A stretch of 60,137 nucleotides of DNA. Source: Acidimicrobiia bacterium. Lineage in GTDB: Bacteria > Actinomycetota > Acidimicrobiia > Spongiisociales > ZC4RG35. Location of the stretch: NCBI GenBank assembly GCA_035513195.1, contig DATKCM010000082.1:1-60137 (forward strand), written 5' to 3'. Below the pieces are notes generated by a model. It searched no databases. It was given only the letters and a program-made list of their open reading frames with translations, and was not told the DNA's origin. The translations under genes and the position numbers were made by a program. Numbering within the stretch: position 1 is the stretch's first letter; every line of letters starts with the position of its first letter. This document shows, one piece after another, positions 8,650-17,775 of the stretch.

Positions 8650-9895
8650 CCACCGGAAGGTCGATGTCTCCCCAAACACGGATCCGGTCGTCGACACTCC
8701 GGAGTACCCACCATCCGACGAATATGAAACCGGCGAGGGCGCCCATTGCAACCGATCTGCCGAGGTGGAGCACGTCAACAATGAGCGCCCATACGGTTGG
8801 CCCAATAATGGTGGCAAACCTCCCCACAGTTGCGTAGAGGCCATAAAACTCGCCGATGAACCGGGGTGGCGAAATGCGGGTCATCACCACCCGGTCACTC
8901 GCCCACGTCGCACCAAGGGCGAGTCCCCCCATCGGCCCGATGGTCCAGGCGATCCAGGGTTGATCGGTGAAGGCGGCGACGATGCCGCTCCCGATCGCGA
9001 CGATCCAGACGATCAACACCCAGCGGAGAACCCTTCTCGGCCCATACCGATCGACGAACCGGCCGGCGAATAGCCCTCCGAAGATGGCGGCGGTTATGGC
9101 AGCGACGAGCAGGCTGGTGACGAATCGTCTATCCAATCCGAGCTCCTGGATGACGAAGATCGTCAGGAATCCGCCAATCAGGGTGTTTATCGCATCGGTG
9201 TAGAAGAACCTCCCGATCAAGAACCGCACCACGCTGGGATATCGAGCGGCGAGCTTCCAGGAGGTGACGATCCGACGTGGCACGTCAATGAGCTTCGGCA
9301 TGGGCTCTTCGGTGTGCGCTCGCCGTTCCTTGATGAAGAAGAACGCAGGTAGGGCGAACACGAGAAAACCCAACGCAAGTGCCCGGAATGTGGCGGGGTA
9401 GCCCCAGCCGAGGAGGTCGAGCGTGACCACTCCGATCAATACGCCCAGATAGGACCCGAAGTAGCCGACCCCCACCCCGCGCCCGGAGATGAGTCCCCGG
9501 TTGCTCTCGGTGCTCACGTCGATCAGCAACGCGTCGTAGACAACCGATCCGATATTGACCGCGACCAGAGCGATTCCCAGGAAGACAACCGAGGTCGGCA
9601 CATTGATCCCCAGGAGCCCGGTGGCGACAACCGCCACCAGCGTCGTCACGACAAGGGTGGGGATCCGGGTCCCCTTGACATCACTTCTTGCCCCGGCCCA
9701 CGGCGCAACGAAGACGACGATCAGCCCTGCGACGGCTTCGACACTGGCGAGGAGGCTGTCGGGCCGATCGAGTGAGATGAGCCAATCGGGGAAATAGAGG
9801 CCAATGACACCCAGGGCGAAGATCGTGTTGGCCAGGTCGTAGATGATCCATGACCAGACAGATCGGCGACCGTCCACCCCGGCCCGAGCCGTCAT
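8618..9895 (-). CDS. MFS transporter (UMF1/Atg22-like)
   Basis: 425 aa with about 12 predicted TM helices. N-terminus WSWIIYDLANTIFALGVI is typical of the UMF1 subfamily. ATG lies 1 nt after the upstream ADH stop. Confidence 0.7.
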   Translation of the reverse strand: MTARAGVDGRRSVWSWIIYDLANTIFALGVIGLYFPDWLISLDRPDSLLASVEAVAGLIVVFVAPWAGARSDVKGTRIPTLVVTTLVAVVATGLLGINVPTSVVFLGIALVAVNIGSVVYDALLIDVSTESNRGLISGRGVGVGYFGSYLGVLIGVVTLDLLGWGYPATFRALALGFLVFALPAFFFIKERRAHTEEPMPKLIDVPRRIVTSWKLAARYPSVVRFLIGRFFYTDAINTLIGGFLTIFVIQELGLDRRFVTSLLVAAITAAIFGGLFAGRFVDRYGPRRVLRWVLIVWIVAIGSGIVAAFTDQPWIAWTIGPMGGLALGATWASDRVVMTRISPPRFIGEFYGLYATVGRFATIIGPTVWALIVDVLHLGRSVAMGALAGFIFVGWWVLRSVDDRIRVWGDIDLPVVTGDSGAPSK

Positions 9896-9896
9896 C

Positions 9897-10976
9897 TCAG
9901 AATGTGACGGCTACGGAGATCAGTTCTTCGCGTCCGAGAAGCCCGGCCGCTGCCTGCAGGGCACGCGGGGCTTCGGAAAGTGGGAATTGATGCGATACAA
10001 GGTCATCGATCCTGGGATCTGTCTCGAGTTGGCGTGCAGCCCACTGGTAGCCGACCGTTGTCGCGCTCATTGCTCCTCTGATGGTCAGCTGCTTGGCGAC
10101 GATTACATCGGATAGGAAATGAAAGGCGCGGTTGCCCTTGGTGGACGCGAGTACCACTCGCCCCCCGCTCCGCACCACGTCAAGCGCAGTGAACACGGCT
10201 TCGGGGTCATTCGAGGTGACGTCGACCAGTACGTCAGGCCGTCGCCCGATCGCCTCAGCTATTGCTCCGGCGATGTCGGTGGTTTCGATGTCGACAGCGA
10301 TGTCGGCACCGAGCCGCAATGCCAGATCGAGCCGATCGCGATCGTGGCTCAGACCCGAGATCCCAACCCACCGCGCCCCGGAGGCTTTGGCCGCAATGAG
10401 ACATGCGAGGCCCCGCGGTCCAGGGCCGAGGATCATCACGTCTTCGCCGGGTTGGAGAAGAGGGAGTTCGACTGCCCAGGAATGCCCGGCAGCCAGTGGG
10501 TGGACGAAGGTAGCGACCTCGGCGGGGACGTCGTCGGTCACCTCGTGGACGCGCGCCAAGGGGTCGAGGTAGAGGGTTTCAGCAAGGCCACCCCAGAGAC
10601 CTGGCGGCTCGGTGGAGGGAATGAAACCGTATGAGTTGATCGGCCGTCTCCTCGCACACGTTGCGAGGTTATTGAGGCAGCGGTGGCATTCGCCACAATG
10701 CATCCTCGGTTCGACCACAACCCTGGTTCCCACCGGGTAAGGAATGTTGGGGCTGGCTGTGGCGATCCTCCCCACGACCTCGTGTCCGGGTATAAGGGGG
10801 TACACGATGTCCCGGGCCTCGCCGCTCCACACCTGGACATCGGCGCCTGAAATAGAGGTTGCTTCGACTGCGAGCCATCCGCCCCCCTCGACACTTGTCG
10901 TGGGAATGGTGGTCATAGAGAAGTGTTTGGGCTCGACGAGCATCATGGCCCGTGCATCACTACCGGTGTCCATCAC
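9897..10976 (-). CDS. zinc-dependent medium-chain alcohol/polyol dehydrogenase
   Basis: 359 aa. GHEVVGRI zinc-ligand motif, structural-zinc Cys cluster CGECHRC, Rossmann VMILGPGPRGL. The start may instead be the internal ATG at 10946 (MMLVEPKHF). Confidence 0.8.
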   Translation of the reverse strand: MMDTGSDARAMMLVEPKHFSMTTIPTTSVEGGGWLAVEATSISGADVQVWSGEARDIVYPLIPGHEVVGRIATASPNIPYPVGTRVVVEPRMHCGECHRCLNNLATCARRRPINSYGFIPSTEPPGLWGGLAETLYLDPLARVHEVTDDVPAEVATFVHPLAAGHSWAVELPLLQPGEDVMILGPGPRGLACLIAAKASGARWVGISGLSHDRDRLDLALRLGADIAVDIETTDIAGAIAEAIGRRPDVLVDVTSNDPEAVFTALDVVRSGGRVVLASTKGNRAFHFLSDVIVAKQLTIRGAMSATTVGYQWAARQLETDPRIDDLVSHQFPLSEAPRALQAAAGLLGREELISVAVTF

Positions 10977-11012
10977 TGCTGGTGAGTGTAAACCAGGTTG
11001 TGATCGTCGAAG

Positions 11013-12191
11013 TCACCCTCTGACGATCGCCGCGATTCGCTCGATGCCTCTCTCGATATCTTCGTCGCGGGTGGCGTAAGAGAGCCTGAGGAACCCCGGG
11101 GCCCCGAACGACTCGCCTGGCACAAGAGCCACAGCGCCCTCCTCGAGAATCTGGGTCGCCAGGTCGATTGAAGTCGACCAGCGTTCGCCGAGAAGCTCAG
11201 TCACGTCCGGGAACACGTAGAACGCTCCCTGCGGCTCGATGCATGTGATCCCGTCGATGTCGTGCAGCATCGAAAACATCAGCTTTCGCCGCCTGTCGAA
11301 GGCAAGGCGCATCTCTTCGACAGTGTCCTGCGGCCCCCGCAACGCAGCCAGCGCTGCTTGTTGGGAAACGTTCGCCACGTTCGAGGTGGCGTGAGACTGA
11401 AGCCGCGCTGCAGCGTTGATGATGTCGGCCGGGCCGACCATCCAGCCCACCCGCCACCCAGTCATCGCGTATGCCTTGGCGACACCGTTTATGAGAATCC
11501 AGTTCTCGAACCGGGGCGTCACTGCAGCGATCGAGCTCGCGGCTTCTCCGTGGTAGACAAGGCGTTGATAGATCTCATCAGCCATGACCCAGATGTCGTT
11601 GTCCCTCGCCCACTCCCCGATGGCGCGCGCCTCCGATCCCGTGTAGACCGCACCCGTCGGGTTCGAAGGGGAGACAAAGACGAGCATTCGTGTCCTGTCG
11701 GTCCGCTTCCGCTCGAGCTGGTCGACGGTGACCTTGAAACCTTGCTCGATTCCGGTCTCGACGGACACGGGGACGCCATCGGCCAGCGTCACACCTGCGG
11801 GGTAGGTGACCCAGTGCGGTGAGGGGAGAAGCACCTCGTCACCAGGATCGATCAGAGCAGCAAATGTCTCATAGACCGCCTGCTTTGCGCCATTGGTGAC
11901 CATGACCTCGGATGAATCGACTTCGACTCCCGAGTGGTCGAATGTGTACCCGGCTATCGCTTCCCGGAGGGGGGCGAGGCCGGCATTTGCGGTGTAGTGG
12001 TGGTTGGCCGGGTCATGAGCCGCTCTCGCTGCCGCCGCGGTTATGTACTCCGGTGTCGGGAAGTCGGGCTCGCCGGCGGCGAATGCAATCACGTCGCGGC
12101 CCTCCGCTTCCATTTCCCTGGCGCGCGCCGCAATCGCCATCGTCGCCGAACCGGGTAGGGAACGGAGGCGTTCTGAAACGCGTCGGATCAA
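11013..12191 (-). CDS. aspC: aspartate aminotransferase (class I PLP-dependent aminotransferase)
   Basis: 392 aa. SPSNPTGAVY and the PLP-lysine motif NGVAKAYAMTGWRVGW. N-terminus RLRSLPGSATMAIAARAREME is typical of AspC. TTG start with GGAG upstream. Confidence 0.85.
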   Translation of the reverse strand: MIRRVSERLRSLPGSATMAIAARAREMEAEGRDVIAFAAGEPDFPTPEYITAAAARAAHDPANHHYTANAGLAPLREAIAGYTFDHSGVEVDSSEVMVTNGAKQAVYETFAALIDPGDEVLLPSPHWVTYPAGVTLADGVPVSVETGIEQGFKVTVDQLERKRTDRTRMLVFVSPSNPTGAVYTGSEARAIGEWARDNDIWVMADEIYQRLVYHGEAASSIAAVTPRFENWILINGVAKAYAMTGWRVGWMVGPADIINAAARLQSHATSNVANVSQQAALAALRGPQDTVEEMRLAFDRRRKLMFSMLHDIDGITCIEPQGAFYVFPDVTELLGERWSTSIDLATQILEEGAVALVPGESFGAPGFLRLSYATRDEDIERGIERIAAIVRG

Positions 12192-12210
12192 AGGAACTCC
12201 AGGAGTCGGT

Positions 12211-12582
12211 CTAGAAGGAGCCCCCGCCGTCCTTGGCCTCTTCGGCTTCTGCGGTGACCTTTTCGGCTGCTGTTTCTGCTGCGTCGGCGGTCTTTTCGGC
12301 TGCTGTTTCTTTGCTCTTGTCGGCGAATTCCGACACCTTCTCCCCGAGGGATTCGATCACCTCGGACGCCGACTCCATGGCTTTCTTTGCCATCGGCTCG
12401 GCCTTCTTGGCGAGCTCCGAAGCACTCTCTTTCGCCTTCTCCATCATCGGCTCCGCTTTCTCCAGGGCATCCGAAGCGAAATCTTTGGCCTTCTTGGCCA
12501 TTGGCTCGGCTTTCTCGGCGAGGTCCGCCGCGCCTTCTTTGGCGGTCCCCATCCACTCCTTGAGCTTGTCCATGAATCCCAT
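12211..12582 (-). CDS. small Ala/Lys/Glu-rich helical repeat protein (LEA/phasin/CsbD-like stress protein)
   Basis: 123 aa. Three tandem ~19-aa repeats built on KAEPMAKKAxxSASE, then an AAEK/TAE-rich tail. AAAGGAACGAT precedes the ATG. Both long plus-strand ORFs over this region are shadows. Confidence 0.6.
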   Translation of the reverse strand: MGFMDKLKEWMGTAKEGAADLAEKAEPMAKKAKDFASDALEKAEPMMEKAKESASELAKKAEPMAKKAMESASEVIESLGEKVSEFADKSKETAAEKTADAAETAAEKVTAEAEEAKDGGGSF

Positions 12583-12743
12583 ATCGTTCCTTTGTCAGGT
12601 GCGCCTCCCATCGTAGGGCTTGTCTAGGGCGGTCGCGTCAATATCGTTCCGGGGTGTTCAAGGTCCCTTGATATCGCCGCCTTTGCCGGGGTGTCGAGCA
12701 CACCCTTGATGGATCTGCCCGCCTGTGTGACCTTTCTTTCCGA

Positions 12744-14837
12744 TCAACGTCTCAGCGAATGACCGCTCGGACCCTCGTCGGCGAGCCAGACGACAACATC
12801 GTTGTAGCCGGGATGGAGAACGTTCGGGGGAATCAATACTTCGAAGCTTGCCGACGCTCCCTCGGGATCGAACACGCGTGTTGCAGCCACCACAAACCCG
12901 TCAGCCGAGACGACCAGGATCTCCTCGCCGGTGGCCGTCCGGTCAAACACAATTTCGCCGGAGAGGTAGACAGGGAGGAGGTCGGACTCGGGAGGCAGCG
13001 ATGCGAGCAAACCCTGCTGGTTTACTGTCACCGACACCTCGGGCGCGTCAACGGCGCTGATATCCGACATGGAGAGACCCAACCATTCCCTCCAGCCGGG
13101 AGGGGCCAGAGACCACGGGTCGCCCGCAGGGAACCACTTCTCCTTGGCGGCCGCCGCGATCAGCTTCTCGGTCCCATCGATGCCGAATCTCACCGGGCCT
13201 TTGCGGCCGAGCATCACCGAGCTCTTGCGGAGCTCGCGATCGGGGTCCAACAACGAGAGCCCCCCGACATCCCATGGCAGGTTGACTCCAATGACATCGG
13301 CCACAGTCGGCACCAGGTCCACGGTCTCCGCCCTGACATCGTCGATCTGTCCCGGCTCGATCCCGGGTTGCCCGCTCGGATACTTGACGAACATGGGCAC
13401 TGCCGCAATTGTGCCCACCGTCTCGGCTGTGATCAGTCGTTGATTCTCAACCCCTGGCTCGATGGTTATGCCATGGTCAGCGACAACAAGCAGCATCGAC
13501 TCCTCGTAGATTCCTTCCGTCTTCATTCGCTGGATCACTTTTCCCAGGATCGTGTCGGCGTACTGAGCCTGAAGGATGTGACGCTGGTATCCCTGAGCCA
13601 CCAGCCATTCATCGTCGCCCCATCCCGCCCCTTCTCCGCCCGGCGAGTTGCCTGCTCCGGTCCGTTGACCATCAGCCGTGACCTCCCACGGGTGGTGGGG
13701 ATAGAGAAAGTGGGCGAATCGGAATGGAGGCTCGGGACCGTTGAACTCGAAGGTCGTCAGGAGACGATCGACTTCCAGTCGTCGGTCGTCGTCAACGCCC
13801 GCCAGGAACCGGTCGATGATATCGAATTCGGATTCGGCGCCTGTAATGAAATTACCCCATGTCCGGTCGATCGCCGGAAGGTTGTCGGAAATCGAGCGGG
13901 GTAGGGTGAGGTGGCCGTACACCACCGAGAGGTCAGCTGCCAAAGCGCTCCAACGCGTTCCGAATGGCTCGATCCTTCGACTCGAATTCGAGCACACGAA
14001 TACCGGGCAGAGATCGGTGACGGTCTCCACAGCAGCAACGTCATACGTGTCCGACAGCAGCGTGAACAGGGTGAGGGGATGATCCGAAGAGGTGGGGATG
14101 CTGTCCGAAGTGGCGCCTACGCCGGAAAGGATCGTCGGAATTGCTTCCTCGGACTGTTGTCGGACTCCCACACCGTTTCGGTACCAGACTCCGTCAGCGG
14201 CGAGCTGGGAGAAATTGGGGAAGAGGTTCGCAAGCAGATCGCCATCAGAGTCGATGATGGTTGCAACTGGGAACTCGTCGAAGATCAGAAAGACAATAGG
14301 GACCGGATTGCCGACATCTCCGGTCCGCGGAATTTCGCTCGAGTTGGCAAATGCGAAGTCGCCCGCCGGAGTCATAACCAGAAACCAGGCGGCGAACGCC
14401 ACAAGCGCCCAGGCCGCATGTCCGACGATCGCCCGTGCGAGCTGAAACCGGACGTAGGACCGTGCGAGGAGGGCGCCGATGGAGACAGCGACGATGGTGA
14501 AGACGATTGCTGGCGAGTTGCTCCCGAACAGGGCAACCCATGCGGAGGCGATCAGCATGGTGAACAGAACCCCGAGGACTGCTGCATGCGCGGCCCCCGC
14601 GCTGGTGGGACCAACCCACCGGAGGGCAAGCACCGGCAGAGCGAGTAGGGCCAGCACGGCCATAGTCACCAATGGGAAGAGCGTTACATCCAGAGGTGTG
14701 AAGCCCTGGGCTATGAAGAATTCGGGATTGCGCCCCAGTAAATCGAGGAGAGGTTGGCTGAATCCGAACGCTCCGACCGTCGCCAGTGATAATGGCACTT
14801 TCCACCACGGGCCGGACCCGAGTTGGGCAAACGTCAT
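12744..14837 (-). CDS. membrane-anchored sulfatase / alkaline-phosphatase-superfamily transferase (LTA-synthase-like architecture)
   Basis: 697 aa. About 5 N-terminal TM helices, then IVFLIFDEFP and LLVVADHGI motifs of the sulfatase/AP superfamily, plus an extra ~150-aa C-terminal domain. Its ATG overlaps the upstream methyltransferase stop (ATGA). Confidence 0.7.
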   Translation of the reverse strand: MTFAQLGSGPWWKVPLSLATVGAFGFSQPLLDLLGRNPEFFIAQGFTPLDVTLFPLVTMAVLALLALPVLALRWVGPTSAGAAHAAVLGVLFTMLIASAWVALFGSNSPAIVFTIVAVSIGALLARSYVRFQLARAIVGHAAWALVAFAAWFLVMTPAGDFAFANSSEIPRTGDVGNPVPIVFLIFDEFPVATIIDSDGDLLANLFPNFSQLAADGVWYRNGVGVRQQSEEAIPTILSGVGATSDSIPTSSDHPLTLFTLLSDTYDVAAVETVTDLCPVFVCSNSSRRIEPFGTRWSALAADLSVVYGHLTLPRSISDNLPAIDRTWGNFITGAESEFDIIDRFLAGVDDDRRLEVDRLLTTFEFNGPEPPFRFAHFLYPHHPWEVTADGQRTGAGNSPGGEGAGWGDDEWLVAQGYQRHILQAQYADTILGKVIQRMKTEGIYEESMLLVVADHGITIEPGVENQRLITAETVGTIAAVPMFVKYPSGQPGIEPGQIDDVRAETVDLVPTVADVIGVNLPWDVGGLSLLDPDRELRKSSVMLGRKGPVRFGIDGTEKLIAAAAKEKWFPAGDPWSLAPPGWREWLGLSMSDISAVDAPEVSVTVNQQGLLASLPPESDLLPVYLSGEIVFDRTATGEEILVVSADGFVVAATRVFDPEGASASFEVLIPPNVLHPGYNDVVVWLADEGPSGHSLRR

Positions 14838-16195
14838 CGGGGCTGGAGAGAAAAAAGGGCACGGGTCCCTGACGACAGGTTGGTCTCGTCGACGATGTCA
14901 AAAATCTCCTCGGCCAGTACACGGAAGCTGACCTCGTCGCGATTCGGGTGCAACTCATGGGCAAGTTTGTTTCCTATCAACTTGCCCACCATCTCATCGG
15001 CGGGCGAAACGAATTCGACGACGACCGGGCACTCGAACGTGCGCAACCACCTGACTACCTCCCGGGGTGGGATGCTGGCGTGATATATGAGGTGGTGGAT
15101 CAGCCCATAAGCGATCACCAGATCGGGGTGTGCGCGATCGGCGACCGATGATCTCTCGGTTCCGGCCCATCCTTGGGCTGGAGAAGGGTTGGCTAAGTCG
15201 GTGAGGACAACCGCGATGCTCAAGCCTTCGCCGCGACGGTAGAGGTCGTCCAGGACTGCCTCGTCGCTATCCACTGCGATGATGTCGGCTCCGGCCTCGG
15301 CAGCCATTTTCGAGAAATGTCCATCGTTGGCGCCAAGATCGAGGACCCTCCGGGGATGGGTGCGCTCGATCGCGGACTTCAGGAACTCACTCTTGGCTGT
15401 CCGATCCCGGGAAACGTGATCGCAGGAGCCGTAACCAGACCAACCGTCGCCGCTATGGGCCCATTCGAAGGAGGACACCAGGGACCGAAGTTTTCTCACA
15501 TTGGCTTGGATCAGCTCAGCACTGAACCCGGCCGTCTTCAGGTCGTCCCTAACCGACCGCCCGGCCATTCGCGCCTCAACCCGGGCTTGGAGGCGAACGT
15601 GAAGGAGGGCGCCTGCATTGAACCACTTCTTTCTCCCGAGGAGTCGAGCCATCTGGGCCGGAGTAGGGCCTTCCATGTCTCCCCGCAACCAGGGCTGGAA
15701 CGGCACTCCGATCCACGCCCGTAGCATCAGCGGGAACAGGAACTGACGGGTGAACTGGCGATAGCCAATCCAAGGCTCTCCCGGCTGGTAGGCCTCGAAA
15801 GACCCGATGTCGATGAACATCGGTCTTCCCTGGACGAATTGGATGTTGTAGGGAGTGGCGTCCTTGATCGTCAAGCCCGCCGACAAGGCATCTCTCAACA
15901 GGTCGAGCTGCAACAGGGCTGCATCCTTCAGCATGGTGAACGTCCACTCGTACGGGTAGCTGATGAAAGGAAGCCTGGGGTGTTCCAGGGCTCTGGCACT
16001 GCCGGGAGGGACGTTGCTGATTTCGGTAGTTTCGATCAGCCGTCGATCCGCGACCGCTGAGCTGAAGAAGTCAGTCCCGGCCAGGGCGCGCCAGCCTTCC
16101 AGCCCACGCGAATCGAGCAAGCGCAGAACCCTGGTCCCATCCAGGACGATTCGAGAGGCCGGGTCTCGAAACGATCCGGGGTCGGGCGAGACCAT
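14834..16195 (-). CDS. class I SAM-dependent methyltransferase with large N-terminal domain (NoeA-like)
   Basis: 453 aa. SAM-binding motif VLDLGANDGHFS...IIAVDSD in the C-terminal half. N-terminal GSFRDPASRIV domain resembles NoeA-type methyltransferases (from memory). Confidence 0.75.
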   Translation of the reverse strand: MVSPDPGSFRDPASRIVLDGTRVLRLLDSRGLEGWRALAGTDFFSSAVADRRLIETTEISNVPPGSARALEHPRLPFISYPYEWTFTMLKDAALLQLDLLRDALSAGLTIKDATPYNIQFVQGRPMFIDIGSFEAYQPGEPWIGYRQFTRQFLFPLMLRAWIGVPFQPWLRGDMEGPTPAQMARLLGRKKWFNAGALLHVRLQARVEARMAGRSVRDDLKTAGFSAELIQANVRKLRSLVSSFEWAHSGDGWSGYGSCDHVSRDRTAKSEFLKSAIERTHPRRVLDLGANDGHFSKMAAEAGADIIAVDSDEAVLDDLYRRGEGLSIAVVLTDLANPSPAQGWAGTERSSVADRAHPDLVIAYGLIHHLIYHASIPPREVVRWLRTFECPVVVEFVSPADEMVGKLIGNKLAHELHPNRDEVSFRVLAEEIFDIVDETNLSSGTRALFSLQPR

Positions 16196-16202
16196 CCTGA
16201 GA

Positions 16203-16400
16203 TCAGGACTCGGATGGCAAGGAGGTGTCTTCGATGGATTCTGTTGCTTCTCCGTCGCCTGGCACGGCAGCGTTCTTGCCCCGTCGCAACTGATACTTCT
16301 GCCTGAAAGCCCTGAACGCGACAGCGATCCCGGCGGCGCCTCCGATCACAACCTGCAGAATCATGCTGCCCGAACCAGGGTCCAAGTATCCCAAAATCAT
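16203..16400 (-). CDS. small single-pass membrane protein
   Basis: ORF 16203..16421 trimmed to ATG 16400 (MILGYLDPGSGSMILQVVIGGAAGIAVAF...). GGAGGAAC lies 8 nt upstream of that ATG. It ends 7 nt before the methyltransferase start. Confidence 0.55.
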   Translation of the reverse strand: MILGYLDPGSGSMILQVVIGGAAGIAVAFRAFRQKYQLRRGKNAAVPGDGEATESIEDTSLPSES

Positions 16401-16571
16401 TTGTTGTTCCTCCAGGAGCATCGCCTAAACCGTTGCCGAAGTCATTATTATCCAGCACTGGAGTCAAGCAAACCGCCTCGCTCTATTCCGACCCCGCCCG
16501 TGGTTGTTGTGCTCGATGCTTGAACGGCCATTCGGCGAGAATATTGCGGCCATGACTCCGGGGGTTGATCG

Positions 16572-17399
16572 TCAATAGCGGGCCCGGGCCACAACATTTC
16601 CGGATTCGTCGAGCAGCAGTGCCATATCGCCGTCGTTGTTCCAGATGGGTGATCCTGTGCACCAGGAAAATCGGCTGGCACAGCCCGACCTGACTTCGAT
16701 TCGCTCGCCGGGCGCAAGTATTGTTCCTTCGGGGAAGGTCATCCTGTTGCGCGACGACTCGTCCCTGAGGGTCCACCCAGTGATGTCAACGATCTCCAGC
16801 TCATTGTTCACCACCACTACGTACTCGTCGTCCAATCGGTCTCCATCGGCACCCTGGGGGTCGATGACGGAGCCCTCGAAATCGAAACCGACATCGGGCC
16901 GCGGACCGCCGGGCCCGCAAGCGGTTGCCGACCAGAGCCCCAGCCCTGATTCATGGGCCTCTTGTTCAGCCGCCACCAGGGCCGCGCCGTTGGGGTTCTC
17001 CGGGCCCGGAGTTTGGGCGATGGCCAGGCCCAATGCCACAAGCGTGAAGTTGACCAACTCCTCCTCGAGCCAGATATTGGCGAGGGCACGTTCGAACTGG
17101 TCGGTAGCCACGATCTCAACACCAACCCTGGTGTCGATGAGCCTGTCGATCAGGTAGTTGCGGGACTCTTCGGAGTAGCACTCGCCCTCTTCATTGGCAT
17201 TGACACCGATCATCCGGACCGCGATGATCTCGCCGCCCATATCGACGTCGATGCTGTCGCCGTCGCTCACATCGCTCACCGTGCCGAAGTCCAGCTCGTC
17301 CGATGGTTGCAGTTGAAGATCGGAGGGACCGGTCGTCCCAGCGGTGGCGCAGGATGAACTGGCTAGTATGCACGCCGCCACGAGAGTGGAGCGGATCAG
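16572..17399 (-). CDS. secreted/lipoprotein thermonuclease (SNase) fused to a lamin-tail (LTD) domain
   Basis: Signal/lipobox-like IRSTLVAACILASSSC. SNase-like core VRMIGVNANEEGECYSEESRNYL...ALANIWL...AEQEAHESGLGLW. C-terminal LTD-like YVVVVNNELEIVDITGWTLRDES. The start is uncertain: the only start-like codon before the signal peptide is CTG 17399, overlapping the upstream TGA (CTGA). Confidence 0.6.
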   Translation of the reverse strand: MIRSTLVAACILASSSCATAGTTGPSDLQLQPSDELDFGTVSDVSDGDSIDVDMGGEIIAVRMIGVNANEEGECYSEESRNYLIDRLIDTRVGVEIVATDQFERALANIWLEEELVNFTLVALGLAIAQTPGPENPNGAALVAAEQEAHESGLGLWSATACGPGGPRPDVGFDFEGSVIDPQGADGDRLDDEYVVVVNNELEIVDITGWTLRDESSRNRMTFPEGTILAPGERIEVRSGCASRFSWCTGSPIWNNDGDMALLLDESGNVVARARY

Positions 17400-17701
17400 A
17401 ACTCCGTCTTCCCAACTCGCTTCTTCCGTTTGCTCCTCCGGTAGAGGAAGCTGATCAGCTGATCGAAGGTGAGGGTGAGCACGACTACCAGCATGATGAT
17501 CACACCGGCGCTCATCGTGATGTCCCAGAAAAGGAATTGGATCCGGGTCTCGTCGGTGTTCTGGACCACGAAGATGGCGAGCAGCGCGGCCCCGAGAAGG
17601 AAGGCGACGAAACCCCACGCTATGCCCAATGGCGCGTCGGCGCTGGGGACGGTGGTGCTCTCCTCTATCGGCTCTTCGAAGTTGTTTCTTTCATCTTCCA
17701 T
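17396..17701 (-). CDS. LapA-domain (DUF1049-like) small membrane protein
   Basis: 101 aa. Two TM helices flanking VVQNTDETRIQFLFWDITMS, and a basic C-terminus. GAGGAGCAA precedes the ATG. Confidence 0.6.
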   Translation of the reverse strand: MEDERNNFEEPIEESTTVPSADAPLGIAWGFVAFLLGAALLAIFVVQNTDETRIQFLFWDITMSAGVIIMLVVVLTLTFDQLISFLYRRSKRKKRVGKTEF

Positions 17702-17775
17702 TTGCTCCTCAGCCTACTCAACGCGGCCGCGACCGTGAGGTCGGACTATTTCCGTTCTGTGCATAAGCTTTCGCG

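Noticed and set aside
7741-8844. A 367-aa ORF on the minus strand.
   Set aside because: It is antisense to the ARH-family gene and overlaps the MFS gene out of frame. It has no recognisable motif and shadow-ORF composition.
12043-12627. Plus-strand ORFs (194 and 127 aa) over the repeat-protein locus.
   Set aside because: They are antisense or off-frame readings of the 19-aa-repeat gene. The Phe/Leu/Gly/Cys- or Ser/Ala-rich translations have no start-site support. The minus-strand gene has an SD-like AAAGGAAC upstream of its ATG.
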